From positions 288,001-352,000 of the forward strand of contig CAWBWI010000002.1 of the NCBI GenBank assembly GCA_963792585.1: a stretch of 64,000 nt of DNA. The letters run 5' to 3'. Position numbers and translations under genes: made by a program. Shown one piece after another: positions 31,467-40,446 of this stretch. How positions within the stretch are numbered: position 1 is the stretch's first letter; every line of letters starts with the position of its first letter. This DNA is from Candidatus Eiseniibacteriota bacterium (GTDB lineage Bacteria > Eisenbacteria > RBG-16-71-46 > CAIMUX01 > VGJL01). The notes beneath the pieces were generated by a model. It did not search any database, had not been told where the DNA came from, and saw only the letters and a list, made by a program, of their open reading frames with translations.

Positions 31467-32018
31467 CTACTTGTACAGGTTCTTGATGAGACCCCAGGTA
31501 GAAGTCTTGGTTGTGTTCGCCTCACGGAGCGCGTCCTCCACCGCCGACTTCATCCCCGCCTCATTGTAGGTCTGGGCGACATACCGAACCGTTCCGCTGC
31601 TGTCCACGAGGACGAAGCTGTTCGTCGGAACGTCGTAGAGACCGCGGGTGGCAGAGCCGTCCAGGAGGAGCGGGAAGAGCGCACCGGTTTCATCTCCAAA
31701 CGCCCCCACCTCGTCACTGGACCCACCGTCGCACTCGATCCCGAGCACGATCAGGCCGCGGGTCGCGTAGCTCTCGTAGAACGAACTCTGCACGAGGGGA
31801 GCGTTTGAAATCGAGGTCGCGTCCTCGTATCCGAAGAACATCAACAGGACAGGATGGGAGTTGTAGGCGGAGAGTGAGTGCGACTGGGAGTCCAGGTCGT
31901 AGAGGGTGAAAGCGGGAGCCGTCTCACCCACCTCCACGGCCGGCGCGGGACCTGCCAGGCCGACGAGGCTCAAAGCAGCGATGAGGATCCACACCCTCTG
32001 CAAGGAGCGGAAAACCAT
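31467..32018 (-). CDS. exported thioredoxin-fold (TlpA/redoxin-like) protein lacking CxxC, C-terminal TWG motif
   Basis: Signal peptide ending APA; VGETAPAFTL, LSAY..HPVLLMF, FPLLLD, PTNSFVLVD..GTVRY; ends STWGLIKNLYK. Confidence 0.75.
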   Translation of the reverse strand: MVFRSLQRVWILIAALSLVGLAGPAPAVEVGETAPAFTLYDLDSQSHSLSAYNSHPVLLMFFGYEDATSISNAPLVQSSFYESYATRGLIVLGIECDGGSSDEVGAFGDETGALFPLLLDGSATRGLYDVPTNSFVLVDSSGTVRYVAQTYNEAGMKSAVEDALREANTTKTSTWGLIKNLYK

Positions 32019-32147
32019 CAGCCAACCTCCCTGCGCATAGGATCGGTCCGCCCGACCCGGTAATCGACTCCTTTCTAGGATACCACCGATCCGGGGACCC
32101 GGCAAGGGGCCTAGGCCCATGCTACGGTGACCCGGGGAGGAGTTTCG

Positions 32148-32570
32148 ATGACGTTGCCTCAGGAGGTCACCCACCGTGTCCGCTACGCGGACACCGACGC
32201 CATGGGGGTCGTATACAACGCCGTCTACCTGGTCTGGTTCGAGGCCGCCCGTACCGAGTGGCTTCGCGCCCGTGGGCTGCCTTACCGCGAGGTTTCCAAC
32301 CGGGGAATCTCCTTGCCCGTGACCGAGGCGACGCTCCGCTTCCGTAACCCCGCCCGGTACGACGACCTTGTGACGGTCGAGGCGCTCGTAGATCGGGTTC
32401 GCTCCCGGGGAGTGACCTTCTCCTACCTGGTTCGAACCGGCGGACGGATCCTCGCCGAGGGTTCCACGACCCATGTCGCGGTGGAAACGGTCTCGGGCCG
32501 ATCGGTCCTGATGCCGGAGTGGCTGATCGAGCGGCTCCGGCCCGGCGGCACCCCCGGGGACCAGCCCTAG
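32148..32570 (+). CDS. YbgC/FadM family acyl-CoA thioesterase
   Basis: RVRYADTDAMGVVYNAVYLVWFEAAR, PARYDD. Confidence 0.88.
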   Translation: MTLPQEVTHRVRYADTDAMGVVYNAVYLVWFEAARTEWLRARGLPYREVSNRGISLPVTEATLRFRNPARYDDLVTVEALVDRVRSRGVTFSYLVRTGGRILAEGSTTHVAVETVSGRSVLMPEWLIERLRPGGTPGDQP

Positions 32571-32634
32571 ATCGCCGGACATCCGCGGGAGCCACTCTCG
32601 GACACACAACATTATCGTTGACATTTTCAGCATC

Positions 32635-32652
32635 ATGTGATGAAATTCACGA
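32635..32652. promoter_or_regulatory. CRP- or Rex-like palindromic operator
   Basis: ATGTGATGAAATTCACGA = TGTGA-N6-TCAC(G), in an AT-richer intergenic region upstream of a redox operon. Confidence 0.45.
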
Positions 32653-32827
32653 CGAGGCGAACTGCTTGGAATATCAACGAGTTCCGTTGATCTTGCCATC
32701 CAGTGGGCCGCAGGGTGCATATGGACTCAACACATTTCCTCACACACCAAGTCAGAGCCGACGTGGCTCTCCACCCCAACTTACAGTCAGTTTGTCAGTT
32801 ACCTCTGCTGTTGATTTTCTGCGCACT

Positions 32828-32844
32828 TGGGCACGGACCATGCT
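32828..32844 (+). promoter_or_regulatory. sigma-54 (-24/-12) promoter
   Basis: TGGGCACGGACCATGCT with GG-N10-GC spacing (GG 32830-31, GC 32842-43), ~45 bp upstream of an operon that encodes a sigma-54 activator. Confidence 0.6.
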
Positions 32845-32884
32845 CTAACCCGATACGTCCGGCCATGAGCCGGGCGAGGGGGAT

Positions 32885-33634
32885 GTGATGGAACCGCTTT
32901 ACAAGTGTGTGTGGATGACGGCGGGAGTCCTGACATTCCGACTCTGCGACCGCGGGTACGACTGCGATCGCTGTCTCGTGAACCAGGCGCTCCGCGAGGG
33001 AAAGTCCCCCGCGGGAAGCTCTGCGCTCACGGCGACAGGTCTGCAGCGTCTCGGAGCCACAGGCTCAGAGACGGCATTCCATCTCTCCCGCCACGGTTTC
33101 TACGACCGCAACCACACATGGGCGCGGGTGGGGAACAGCGGAGCGGTGCGCGTGGGCCTCGATGACTTCGGAAGGCGGCTTCTTGGTCGTGTCGTCCGGG
33201 TCATCCTCCCCGAACCGGGTCGTGTCGTCCACGAGGGCGAGCAGGCCTGGACGTTTGTCGGGGAAGCCGGCGAGGTGAAGTTAGTTTCTCCCGTCGCCGG
33301 GCGGGTTCTTTCGCGCAACGAGGCGCTCATCGCCCGTCCGGAGCTCATGCGCGGAGATGCGCGAAAAGAAGTGTGGCTCGTGCGTGTTCGGCCGGCCCGT
33401 CTTCGCAAGGACCTCGAGCGGCTTCTGTTTGGGCGCCGCGCCGTCGCCTGGCTTCACGAGCAGGTGGCAGAGGTTCGAGATCGGTTGCTCGAGGAGCACG
33501 CCATCGGCGCCGGTATGGCGCCTGACGGGGGCGTTCTCGATCCCGCGTTGTTTCCTGAGTTGGGGGTTTCTCAACGGCGTTCCCTGGTCGAGGCGTTTCT
33601 CCTCGATGGGGGGGCGGGTAGGAAAGTGAGGTAA
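32885..33634 (+). CDS. GcvH-like protein with N-terminal four-Cys motif and no lipoyl lysine
   Basis: CVWMTAG..RLCDRGYDCDRC; HTWARV, VRVGLDDF, SPVAG, N, WL as in the H-protein fold; the ESVK lipoylation motif is absent. Confidence 0.75.
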   Translation: MMEPLYKCVWMTAGVLTFRLCDRGYDCDRCLVNQALREGKSPAGSSALTATGLQRLGATGSETAFHLSRHGFYDRNHTWARVGNSGAVRVGLDDFGRRLLGRVVRVILPEPGRVVHEGEQAWTFVGEAGEVKLVSPVAGRVLSRNEALIARPELMRGDARKEVWLVRVRPARLRKDLERLLFGRRAVAWLHEQVAEVRDRLLEEHAIGAGMAPDGGVLDPALFPELGVSQRRSLVEAFLLDGGAGRKVR

Positions 33635-33638
33635 GGCC

Positions 33639-34301
33639 ATGGTCGCCCTGTTCGTTCTCGCTACGATCGCAGTCTTCTTGATTGCGGATCTGATCGTTGT
33701 ACAAGCGCGCAAGAGGCATCCGGTGAGCGGGATCGTGCCCGGCGCGGCGGAGGCCCCCGTGCTTCAGCCCCACAGGGTTCCGGCGGGCGTCTTTCTGAGC
33801 CCGTCGCACCTCTGGCTCACGATCGAGCCATCGGGTCGTGTGAAGGTCGGTCTGGACGAACTGGCCCAGCGCCTCCTCGGACCGCTCGATGTGGTCCGGT
33901 TCCCGTCCGTCGGGAGGCGGGTCAGCCGCGGAGAGACCCTGTTCTCCGTGCAGATGGGTGAAGCCGAGCTTCCGATCGCCTCGCCGGTTTCCGGTGTGCT
34001 CCACGCCACCCAGGTGCCGAACGGCGGCATGGTTTCCGAGGGGACCGATCCGGATGCATGGCTGGTTTCCATCGAGCCCGAGAGGATGGGAGAAGAAATC
34101 CGACCGCTGAGGCTCGCTGAGGAAGCGGCCTCCTGGCTCGCGATCGAGTTCGCCCGCTTGAGGGACACCCTCCTCGGGCTTCAGTTGCGCCCCGCTGCGA
34201 CGTTGCCCGACGGAGGTGAGCCCGCCGAAGGACTGCTTCGGATTCTCGAGGCCAAAGATCGTGACGCGGTGCTCAAGGGATTCCTGCTCCGCGACTCCTG
34301 A
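33639..34301 (+). CDS. membrane-anchored GcvH-like protein, no lipoyl lysine
   Basis: N-terminal TM helix; HLWL, VKVGLDE, SPVSG, WL; C-terminal TLPDGG shared with the preceding paralog (MAPDGG). Confidence 0.75.
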   Translation: MVALFVLATIAVFLIADLIVVQARKRHPVSGIVPGAAEAPVLQPHRVPAGVFLSPSHLWLTIEPSGRVKVGLDELAQRLLGPLDVVRFPSVGRRVSRGETLFSVQMGEAELPIASPVSGVLHATQVPNGGMVSEGTDPDAWLVSIEPERMGEEIRPLRLAEEAASWLAIEFARLRDTLLGLQLRPAATLPDGGEPAEGLLRILEAKDRDAVLKGFLLRDS

Positions 34302-34358
34302 GACTGAATCGAACACTCCTCCCGGGTCGGCCGCACCGGGCGGGGGGAGGTAAGGGAC

Positions 34359-35141
34359 GTGTCGAAGGGTTTGTTGATCGATGTCACCAAGTGCATCGGC
34401 TGCGGTTCTTGCAACGATGCCTGCCAGAAGGCCAACGACCTGCCGGACTCGCCGGACGGGGAGCTTTCCGACAAGAGATACACAGTCGTGCAGGAGGTGC
34501 AGGTATCGAAGGCCGAGCCGCACTACATCAGGCGGCTCTGCATGCACTGCCAGCATCCGACGTGTGAGTCGGTCTGCCCGGTGGGCGCCTTCAAGAAGAC
34601 TGCGGAAGGGCCCGTCCTCTACGAGGCGGGGAAGTGCATGGGCTGCCGATACTGCATGATGGCATGCCCCTACGGGGTGCCGCGGTACGAGTGGGCATCG
34701 ACGAACCCGCGGGTGCGCAAGTGCATCATGTGCGCGCCGCGGTTGAGGCAGGGACTGCCCACTGCATGCGCGGAGGCGTGTCCCACGGGCGCCACGATGT
34801 TCGGTGACCGGGATGAGCTGCTCCAGGAAGCCCACAATCGCGTCCGCGAGCAGCCCGACCTGTACGTCCAGTCGATCTTCGGCGAGGACGAAGGGGGTGG
34901 AACCTCGGTCCTCATCTTGGCGGACGTCCCCTTCACGGAGCTGGGCTTGCCGGGGAATCTCCCGAATCATCCGATGGGTGAGTTCACCGAAGCGGTACTT
35001 ACCAAGTTGCCAAGCGTGGTGGTGGTGGGTGGGAGTCTCCTCTCGGGCCTCTACTGGATCATCAATCGGAGGATGACGCTCGCAGAGGAGCGACGTGCCG
35101 GTGGCGCGGGTCGGTTCGCCGGTGAGGAGGCAAGGCGATGA
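34359..35141 (+). CDS. 4x[4Fe-4S] ferredoxin-type subunit (HybA/FdnH/HmcB-like) with C-terminal TM anchor
   Basis: CIGCGSC..AC, CMHCQHPTCESVCP, CMGCRYCMMACP, KCIMC..ACAEACP; C-terminal helix ending WIINRR. Confidence 0.9.
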   Translation: MSKGLLIDVTKCIGCGSCNDACQKANDLPDSPDGELSDKRYTVVQEVQVSKAEPHYIRRLCMHCQHPTCESVCPVGAFKKTAEGPVLYEAGKCMGCRYCMMACPYGVPRYEWASTNPRVRKCIMCAPRLRQGLPTACAEACPTGATMFGDRDELLQEAHNRVREQPDLYVQSIFGEDEGGGTSVLILADVPFTELGLPGNLPNHPMGEFTEAVLTKLPSVVVVGGSLLSGLYWIINRRMTLAEERRAGGAGRFAGEEARR

Positions 35142-36355
35142 AACTCCCCATCAAGATCACCTTCTGGCGCGTCGTGTGGTTCGTGCTCGTCGCTGCGGGC
35201 CTCTACTCCACGGTTCTCCGGTTCACGAAGGGCCTCGGCGCGGCGACGCATCTGAGCGACCGGATGCCCTGGGGGATCTGGATCGGTTTCGATCTGCTCT
35301 GCGGCGTCGGGCTGGCCGCCGGCGGGTTCGCAATGGCCGCCGTGGTTCACATCTTCCGAATCGAAACCTACAAACCGGTGATCCGCCCGGCGATCTTGAC
35401 CGCGTTCCTCGGGTATCTGCTGGTGATCATGGCGCTTCTGATCGATCTCGGAAGGCCGTGGTTCATCTGGCACCCCATCGTCATGTGGAACCCTCGGTCG
35501 GTGATGTTCGAGGTCGCCTGGTGCGTGATGCTGTACACGACGGTCCTGGCCGTCGAGTTCAGCCCGTCGATCCTCGAGCGCTTGGGATGGACGAAGGCTC
35601 TGAAGATCGTCCGGGAGGCGTTGCCGGTCTTCGTGATTCTGGGCGTGCTCCTCTCGACACTCCACCAGTCCTCGCTCGGCTCCCTCTATTTGATCGTTCC
35701 GAACAAGCTCTACGCGCTCTGGTACTCGCCACTCCTGCCGGTGCTCTTCTTCCTCTCCGCTCTGGCAGTGGGGTGCAGTATGGTGACGCTCGAGTCATTC
35801 CTGAGCCAGCAGGCGTTCGGGCATCGACTCTCGAACCAGGTGCGCGAGGGGCTGGCGAGCATGACGCTCGTGCTGCTGATCCCCTATGGGGTCCTGCGGT
35901 TGCTCGACGTGATCCAGAGAGGGGCGCTGGGTCTCGCCTTCCTGCCAAACCTCGAGGGCCGGCTGTTTCTGCTGGAGATCCTCCTCGGATTGGTGGTACC
36001 CGTTGCATTGCTGGCGAACGGGAGGGTGCGGGCCAACCCCCGAGGACAGGTGCTTTCGGCGGTCTTCGTGATCTTCGGCTTCGTGCTGCACCGGCTCAAC
36101 GTCAGCGTCACCGGGATGGAGGCCACGCTCCACGCCGGGTACTTCCCGGCCTGGACGGAGGTCGCGATCACGATGATGATCGTCGCGATCGGATTCTCGG
36201 TGTTCGGGTTGGCGGGAAGGTTCCTGCCGGTCTTCGGAAGCGCCAAGGCCGGCGCGCATACAGGGGCGCCGAGCGGCGCCCTGGGTGAGGTGAGGACAAA
36301 GGACACATGGGGATCCCGGCCAGAGGGCTTGCCTTCCGGCTCTCACTCTATCTAG
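35138..36355 (+). CDS. NrfD/PsrC-family quinone-interacting membrane subunit (HybB/HmcC-like)
   Basis: PWGIWIGFD, DLGRPW, SVMFEVAWC, HQSSLG, HRLNV; ~10 TM helices. Confidence 0.9.
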   Translation: MKLPIKITFWRVVWFVLVAAGLYSTVLRFTKGLGAATHLSDRMPWGIWIGFDLLCGVGLAAGGFAMAAVVHIFRIETYKPVIRPAILTAFLGYLLVIMALLIDLGRPWFIWHPIVMWNPRSVMFEVAWCVMLYTTVLAVEFSPSILERLGWTKALKIVREALPVFVILGVLLSTLHQSSLGSLYLIVPNKLYALWYSPLLPVLFFLSALAVGCSMVTLESFLSQQAFGHRLSNQVREGLASMTLVLLIPYGVLRLLDVIQRGALGLAFLPNLEGRLFLLEILLGLVVPVALLANGRVRANPRGQVLSAVFVIFGFVLHRLNVSVTGMEATLHAGYFPAWTEVAITMMIVAIGFSVFGLAGRFLPVFGSAKAGAHTGAPSGALGEVRTKDTWGSRPEGLPSGSHSI

Positions 36356-37932
36356 CGGCCGCGGTCGCCGTCGTTCTCGGTCTGTTCGGGGTTTGGGCGG
36401 TTCGCGAGAGCCGCTCACACCTCGAACAGAGCGTTATCGACAGCGCCGACCGGGTCTGCGACCTGATCCGTCGCAGCACCCGGTCCTTCATGTTCCGGAA
36501 CGAGCGGCGGGAGGTCTTCGAGATCATCCAGGCGATCGGCGAACAGCCCAATTTCGACCGGATCCGCATCTACGACAAGGAAGGTCAGATCCAGTACTCG
36601 ACCGTGGCGAGCGAGGTTGCTACCCGCGCCGACACCACCGCTGAGGCCTGCATCAACTGCCACCGTGGCCACGCCCCAAAACCGACGATCGACCGCAATG
36701 AACGCTACCGGATCTTCCGCAATCCAGACGGCCATCGCACGCTTGGCGTGATTGCGCCGATCGAGAACGAGCCGGCCTGCTCGAACGCCGAGTGTCACGT
36801 CCACCCGCCGGGACAGAGGATCTTGGGGGTGCTTGACACGCAGATGTCCCTTGCGGACATCGACCGCCAGATGGCAGCCCTGACCATCCAGATGACGGTC
36901 TCCACGATTCTGGCGCTGATCGGGCTGTTGGCCCTCTTCTCGTTGATCCTCTATCGCCTTGTTCACAGGCCGGTCCGGCGCCTGATCCAGGGGACGAAAC
37001 GAATCGCGTCGGGTGATCTGTCCGGCCGCGTCCCTGTTCGGTCCCAGGACGAGATCCGGGAGTTGGCGCAGTCGTTCAACCAGATGACGGACGATCTGTC
37101 CCAGGCTCGTACCGAGCTGCAATCCTGGGCGCGGACCCTCGAGCAACGGGTCGAAGAGAAGACGCGGGCGCTCGAGAAGGTTCAGGAGGAGATCCTCCAG
37201 ATGGAGCGGATGGCCTCGATGGGCAAGCTCGCCGCCATCGTCGCCCACGAGATCAACAATCCTCTCGCCGGGATCCGGACCTACGCCCACCTGCTCGTCA
37301 AGAAGGCGCGTCGTCGTTTGGAGTCCGACTCCGCCAGCGCGGAACGGGATCGCGAGTCGGTGGAGATGCTGACGCAGATCGAGGAGGAGTCGGCGCGCTG
37401 CGGCGAGATCGTCAAGAACCTGCTTCAATTCTCGCGTCCATCGCGCACGCGGACGGAGCCGGTCGATGTCAATCAGCTCGCAGCCGGGTCCGTCCGCCTG
37501 GTGCAGCACCAGATCGATCTGCAGGGACTCACCAGCCGCCTGGAGTTGACGGAGAAGCTGGAGCCGATCGTCTGTGACGCTCAGCAGCTCCGTCAGGCGA
37601 TGGTCGCGGTGCTGATCAATGCGTGCGAGGCCATGGGCAACGAGGGGGTCCTCACCGTCCGCACCGCGCCGGCGCCGGGTGGCGGAGTGGAGATCGCGGT
37701 GAACGACACGGGAGTCGGGATTGATGAGGAGACGCGTAAGCACCTCTTCGAGCCGTTCTACACGACGAAGGAGAAGGGAGCCGGACTGGGGCTCGCGGTT
37801 GTCTATGGGATCGTCAGGAGTCACGGCGGCAGGATCGAGGTCGAATCGTCCCCGGGAAGGGGAACGACGATGAGGATCTTCCTGCCCGCGAAACCCCCGG
37901 CCCGCGAGCCGGAAGCGGAGATGGTTGGATGA
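36307..37932 (+). CDS. sensor histidine kinase with periplasmic heme-c motifs and HAMP domain
   Basis: Two TM helices flanking CINCH and CSNAECH; HAMP DEIRELAQSFN; H-box AHEINNPL; N, G1, F and G2 boxes. Confidence 0.9.
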   Translation: MGIPARGLAFRLSLYLAAAVAVVLGLFGVWAVRESRSHLEQSVIDSADRVCDLIRRSTRSFMFRNERREVFEIIQAIGEQPNFDRIRIYDKEGQIQYSTVASEVATRADTTAEACINCHRGHAPKPTIDRNERYRIFRNPDGHRTLGVIAPIENEPACSNAECHVHPPGQRILGVLDTQMSLADIDRQMAALTIQMTVSTILALIGLLALFSLILYRLVHRPVRRLIQGTKRIASGDLSGRVPVRSQDEIRELAQSFNQMTDDLSQARTELQSWARTLEQRVEEKTRALEKVQEEILQMERMASMGKLAAIVAHEINNPLAGIRTYAHLLVKKARRRLESDSASAERDRESVEMLTQIEEESARCGEIVKNLLQFSRPSRTRTEPVDVNQLAAGSVRLVQHQIDLQGLTSRLELTEKLEPIVCDAQQLRQAMVAVLINACEAMGNEGVLTVRTAPAPGGGVEIAVNDTGVGIDEETRKHLFEPFYTTKEKGAGLGLAVVYGIVRSHGGRIEVESSPGRGTTMRIFLPAKPPAREPEAEMVG

Positions 37933-39282
37933 GTGGAGAATCCGAATCCTGATCGTTGATGACGAACCGATCGTGCGCAGTTCGCTGGAGCACTGGTTCG
38001 CCGAGGAGGGATGCGTCGTGGACACCGCGGCGAGCGGGAAGGAGGCTCTCACCAAGCTGGCGGAAGCGTGAGTGGGACATCTTCCTGCTGGACATCCGGA
38101 TGCCGGGGATGGACGGCCTCGAGCTGCAGGCGCGCATCCGCGAGTCCCACCCCGACGCGATCATCATCATCATGACGGCCTACGCATCGGTCGAGACGGC
38201 CGTGCAGGCGATGAAGCAGGGAGCGCACGATTACATCACGAAGCCGTTCGATCCCGAGTCGCTCGAGCGGATGGTTCGCTCCGCCGTCGGATCGACGGCG
38301 GCTGCAGAAGGAGAACCTCCAGCTCAAGCGCAGCCTCGACGAGACTGGAGCAGTTCTCCGAAGATCGTCGGAGCGTCCCCCGCGATCCGACAGGTCCACG
38401 AGATGATCCAGACCGTCGCGGCGACCGACGCGACGGTCCTGATCCGCGGCGAGAGCGGCACCGGGCAAGGAACTCGTCGCCCGTGCGATCCACGCGCACA
38501 GCGCACCGGCGCTACATGCCGATCGTCGTCGTCAACTGCGGCGCCCTGCCGGAAGGGGTTCTCGAGAGCGAGCTCTTCGGCCATGAGAAGGGGGCGTTCA
38601 CCGGGGCGCAGTATCGTCGCAAGGGGAAGTTCGAGCTCGCCGACGGCGGGACGCTTTTCCTCGACGAGATCGGCGATGTGAGTTTGAAGACGCAGATGGA
38701 CATGTTGCGCGTTCTCGAGGAGAAGGCGATCTACCGGGTCGGGGGGAACTCGCGAATCGCGGTCGACTTCCGAGTGATTGCGGCCACGAACCGCGATCTG
38801 GAACTGGCGGTCGCCGACAAGAGCTTCCGCGAGGACCTCTATTACCGGCTGAACGTATTCACGATCCGCATCCCCCCGCTGCGGGAGCGCCGCGAGGACA
38901 TCCCTGTGCTCGCTAACCATTTCCTCCACAAGCTCGTGCAGGAGCATGAATCGCGCGATCGACGGCTTCTCTCCGGAAGCGATGAGGGTCGCTGACGGGC
39001 CGCGACTGGCCCGGCAACGTGCGGGAGCTTCAGAACGCCATCGAGACGGGCGGCGGTCGTCCGGGCGCAGGGGCTGATCGAGCCCGAGGACTTTCCGTTC
39101 ACCGAGCACGCGAACGCCGATGAGGAACCGAATGGCAAGAGCCTTGCCGAGCTCGAGAAGATCCACATCGCCAAGGTCCTGCGAGGACCGGGTGGAACAT
39201 CAGCCAGGCGGCCCGGCTCCTGGAGATCGATCGCGTGACTCTGTACAACAAGATGCGCAAGTACGGGATCGAGAGGCCGTAG
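37929..39282 (+). CDS. sigma-54-dependent (NtrC family) response regulator, multiple apparent frameshifts
   Basis: ILIVDDEP receiver, [59 protein letters not shown], Fis-type HTH ending [14 protein letters not shown]; distributed over several frames. Confidence 0.88.
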
Positions 39283-39286
39283 GGGG

Positions 39287-39829
39287 TTGGGAAGCATCTG
39301 TCTCGTCTCGGTGGGGGCCGCCGATCCGCCCCTGCTGGATTACCTCGCCCTGATCCTCGGCGAGATTCTCCACTGTGATGTCAGGATCGAGCCACGCCGC
39401 CTGCCCCCCGATCCGTTCTATGATCCGATGCGCCGCCAGCATTATTCCACTCGGATCGTCGAGAGCCTTGCTGCGGAATTCGGCGGGCCGAAGGAGAAGG
39501 TCTTCGGTATTGCGGAGATCGACCTCTACATCCCGATTCTGACCTTTGTGTTCGGCGAGGCGCAGCTCAACGGCCGGGCGGCGATTCTATCCATCGCCCG
39601 TCTCCGGCAGGCATTCTACGGGCTGCCCGAGGAACCCGAGCGGCTCTACCATCGGACAGAGAAGGAGGCGCTCCACGAGGTGGGACACACGCTGGGCTTG
39701 CTCCACTGCCCGGACTATGCGTGCGTGATGCACTTCTCCAACTCCATCGAGGAGGTCGACCTGAAGGGAGATCGCTTTTGCGGCAAATGCGCGGGGAATG
39801 TCCGGGCATGGCGCGATTCCGGGGCATGA
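39287..39829 (+). CDS. archaemetzincin (M54) zinc protease
   Basis: DLYIPILTFVFGEA, KEALHEVGHTLGLLHC..CVMHFSNS..D.K..FCGKC. Confidence 0.9.
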   Translation: MGSICLVSVGAADPPLLDYLALILGEILHCDVRIEPRRLPPDPFYDPMRRQHYSTRIVESLAAEFGGPKEKVFGIAEIDLYIPILTFVFGEAQLNGRAAILSIARLRQAFYGLPEEPERLYHRTEKEALHEVGHTLGLLHCPDYACVMHFSNSIEEVDLKGDRFCGKCAGNVRAWRDSGA

Positions 39830-40446
39830 AGCGGCCATCGGCGTTGCCCGCTTGGGGCATCCTCCTGGGCGCTGCCCTCATCTTCGTCTCGGTTCCGGCC
39901 CTGGCAGACTCGGCCGTCTGGGGGACGTGGATGGGGAGGACCGATTGCGGTCTCGAGGACGTCTACAAGGCCCTACACCAAGCGTGGCGAGGTCCGGGGC
40001 ACATGATCTCATCGCGGGAGATGGCATCGGCGTACTTGAGGGGGGAGTGGGAAGGGCTCGAGCCCGCCCGCCCGGGCGAGGCGCTCGTGGAGACCTTGGT
40101 GATCGGTTCCCCCTTTCTGCGGTTGAACCTGCGCCCCTTTCGCGATGCCGGCGGGTCTGCCGATTCCCTGCTCGAGGCCTTCTTGCGCTCCGCTGAAGCG
40201 CCGACCGACTCCGCGTCCTTCGCGCGGGCGTGGCTGGCGGTGGGAATGGGCTGCGGGCGCGGGGAGTTCCCCTTCTCACGGGCGACGTTTGATTCGATCG
40301 ACGCACTCGTGAGGCCGCCGGGCTATCCGGCGATCCACCACTCGGCCGCCTATACGTCGCGGTACCGTCCCGCCTACCGAGTGCTGACCAGCTCCGAGGC
40401 GGATCGACTCGTGAATGGGTTGGCCCGCCGTCCGAGTCCGGATTAG
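39826..40446 (+). CDS. exported hypothetical protein
   Basis: Signal peptide; DVYKALHQ..GPGH and IHHSAAY..YRPAYRV look conserved; ATG overlaps the previous stop. Confidence 0.6.
   Translation: MKRPSALPAWGILLGAALIFVSVPALADSAVWGTWMGRTDCGLEDVYKALHQAWRGPGHMISSREMASAYLRGEWEGLEPARPGEALVETLVIGSPFLRLNLRPFRDAGGSADSLLEAFLRSAEAPTDSASFARAWLAVGMGCGRGEFPFSRATFDSIDALVRPPGYPAIHHSAAYTSRYRPAYRVLTSSEADRLVNGLARRPSPD

Noticed and set aside
32885..34301. Glycine cleavage or sHdr/LbpA sulfur-oxidation system
   Set aside because: No lipoyl lysine and no gcvP/gcvT, hdr-like or lipoate ligase genes nearby.
34359..36355. Hydrogenase-2 operon
   Set aside because: No NiFe large or small subunit or maturation genes in the window.
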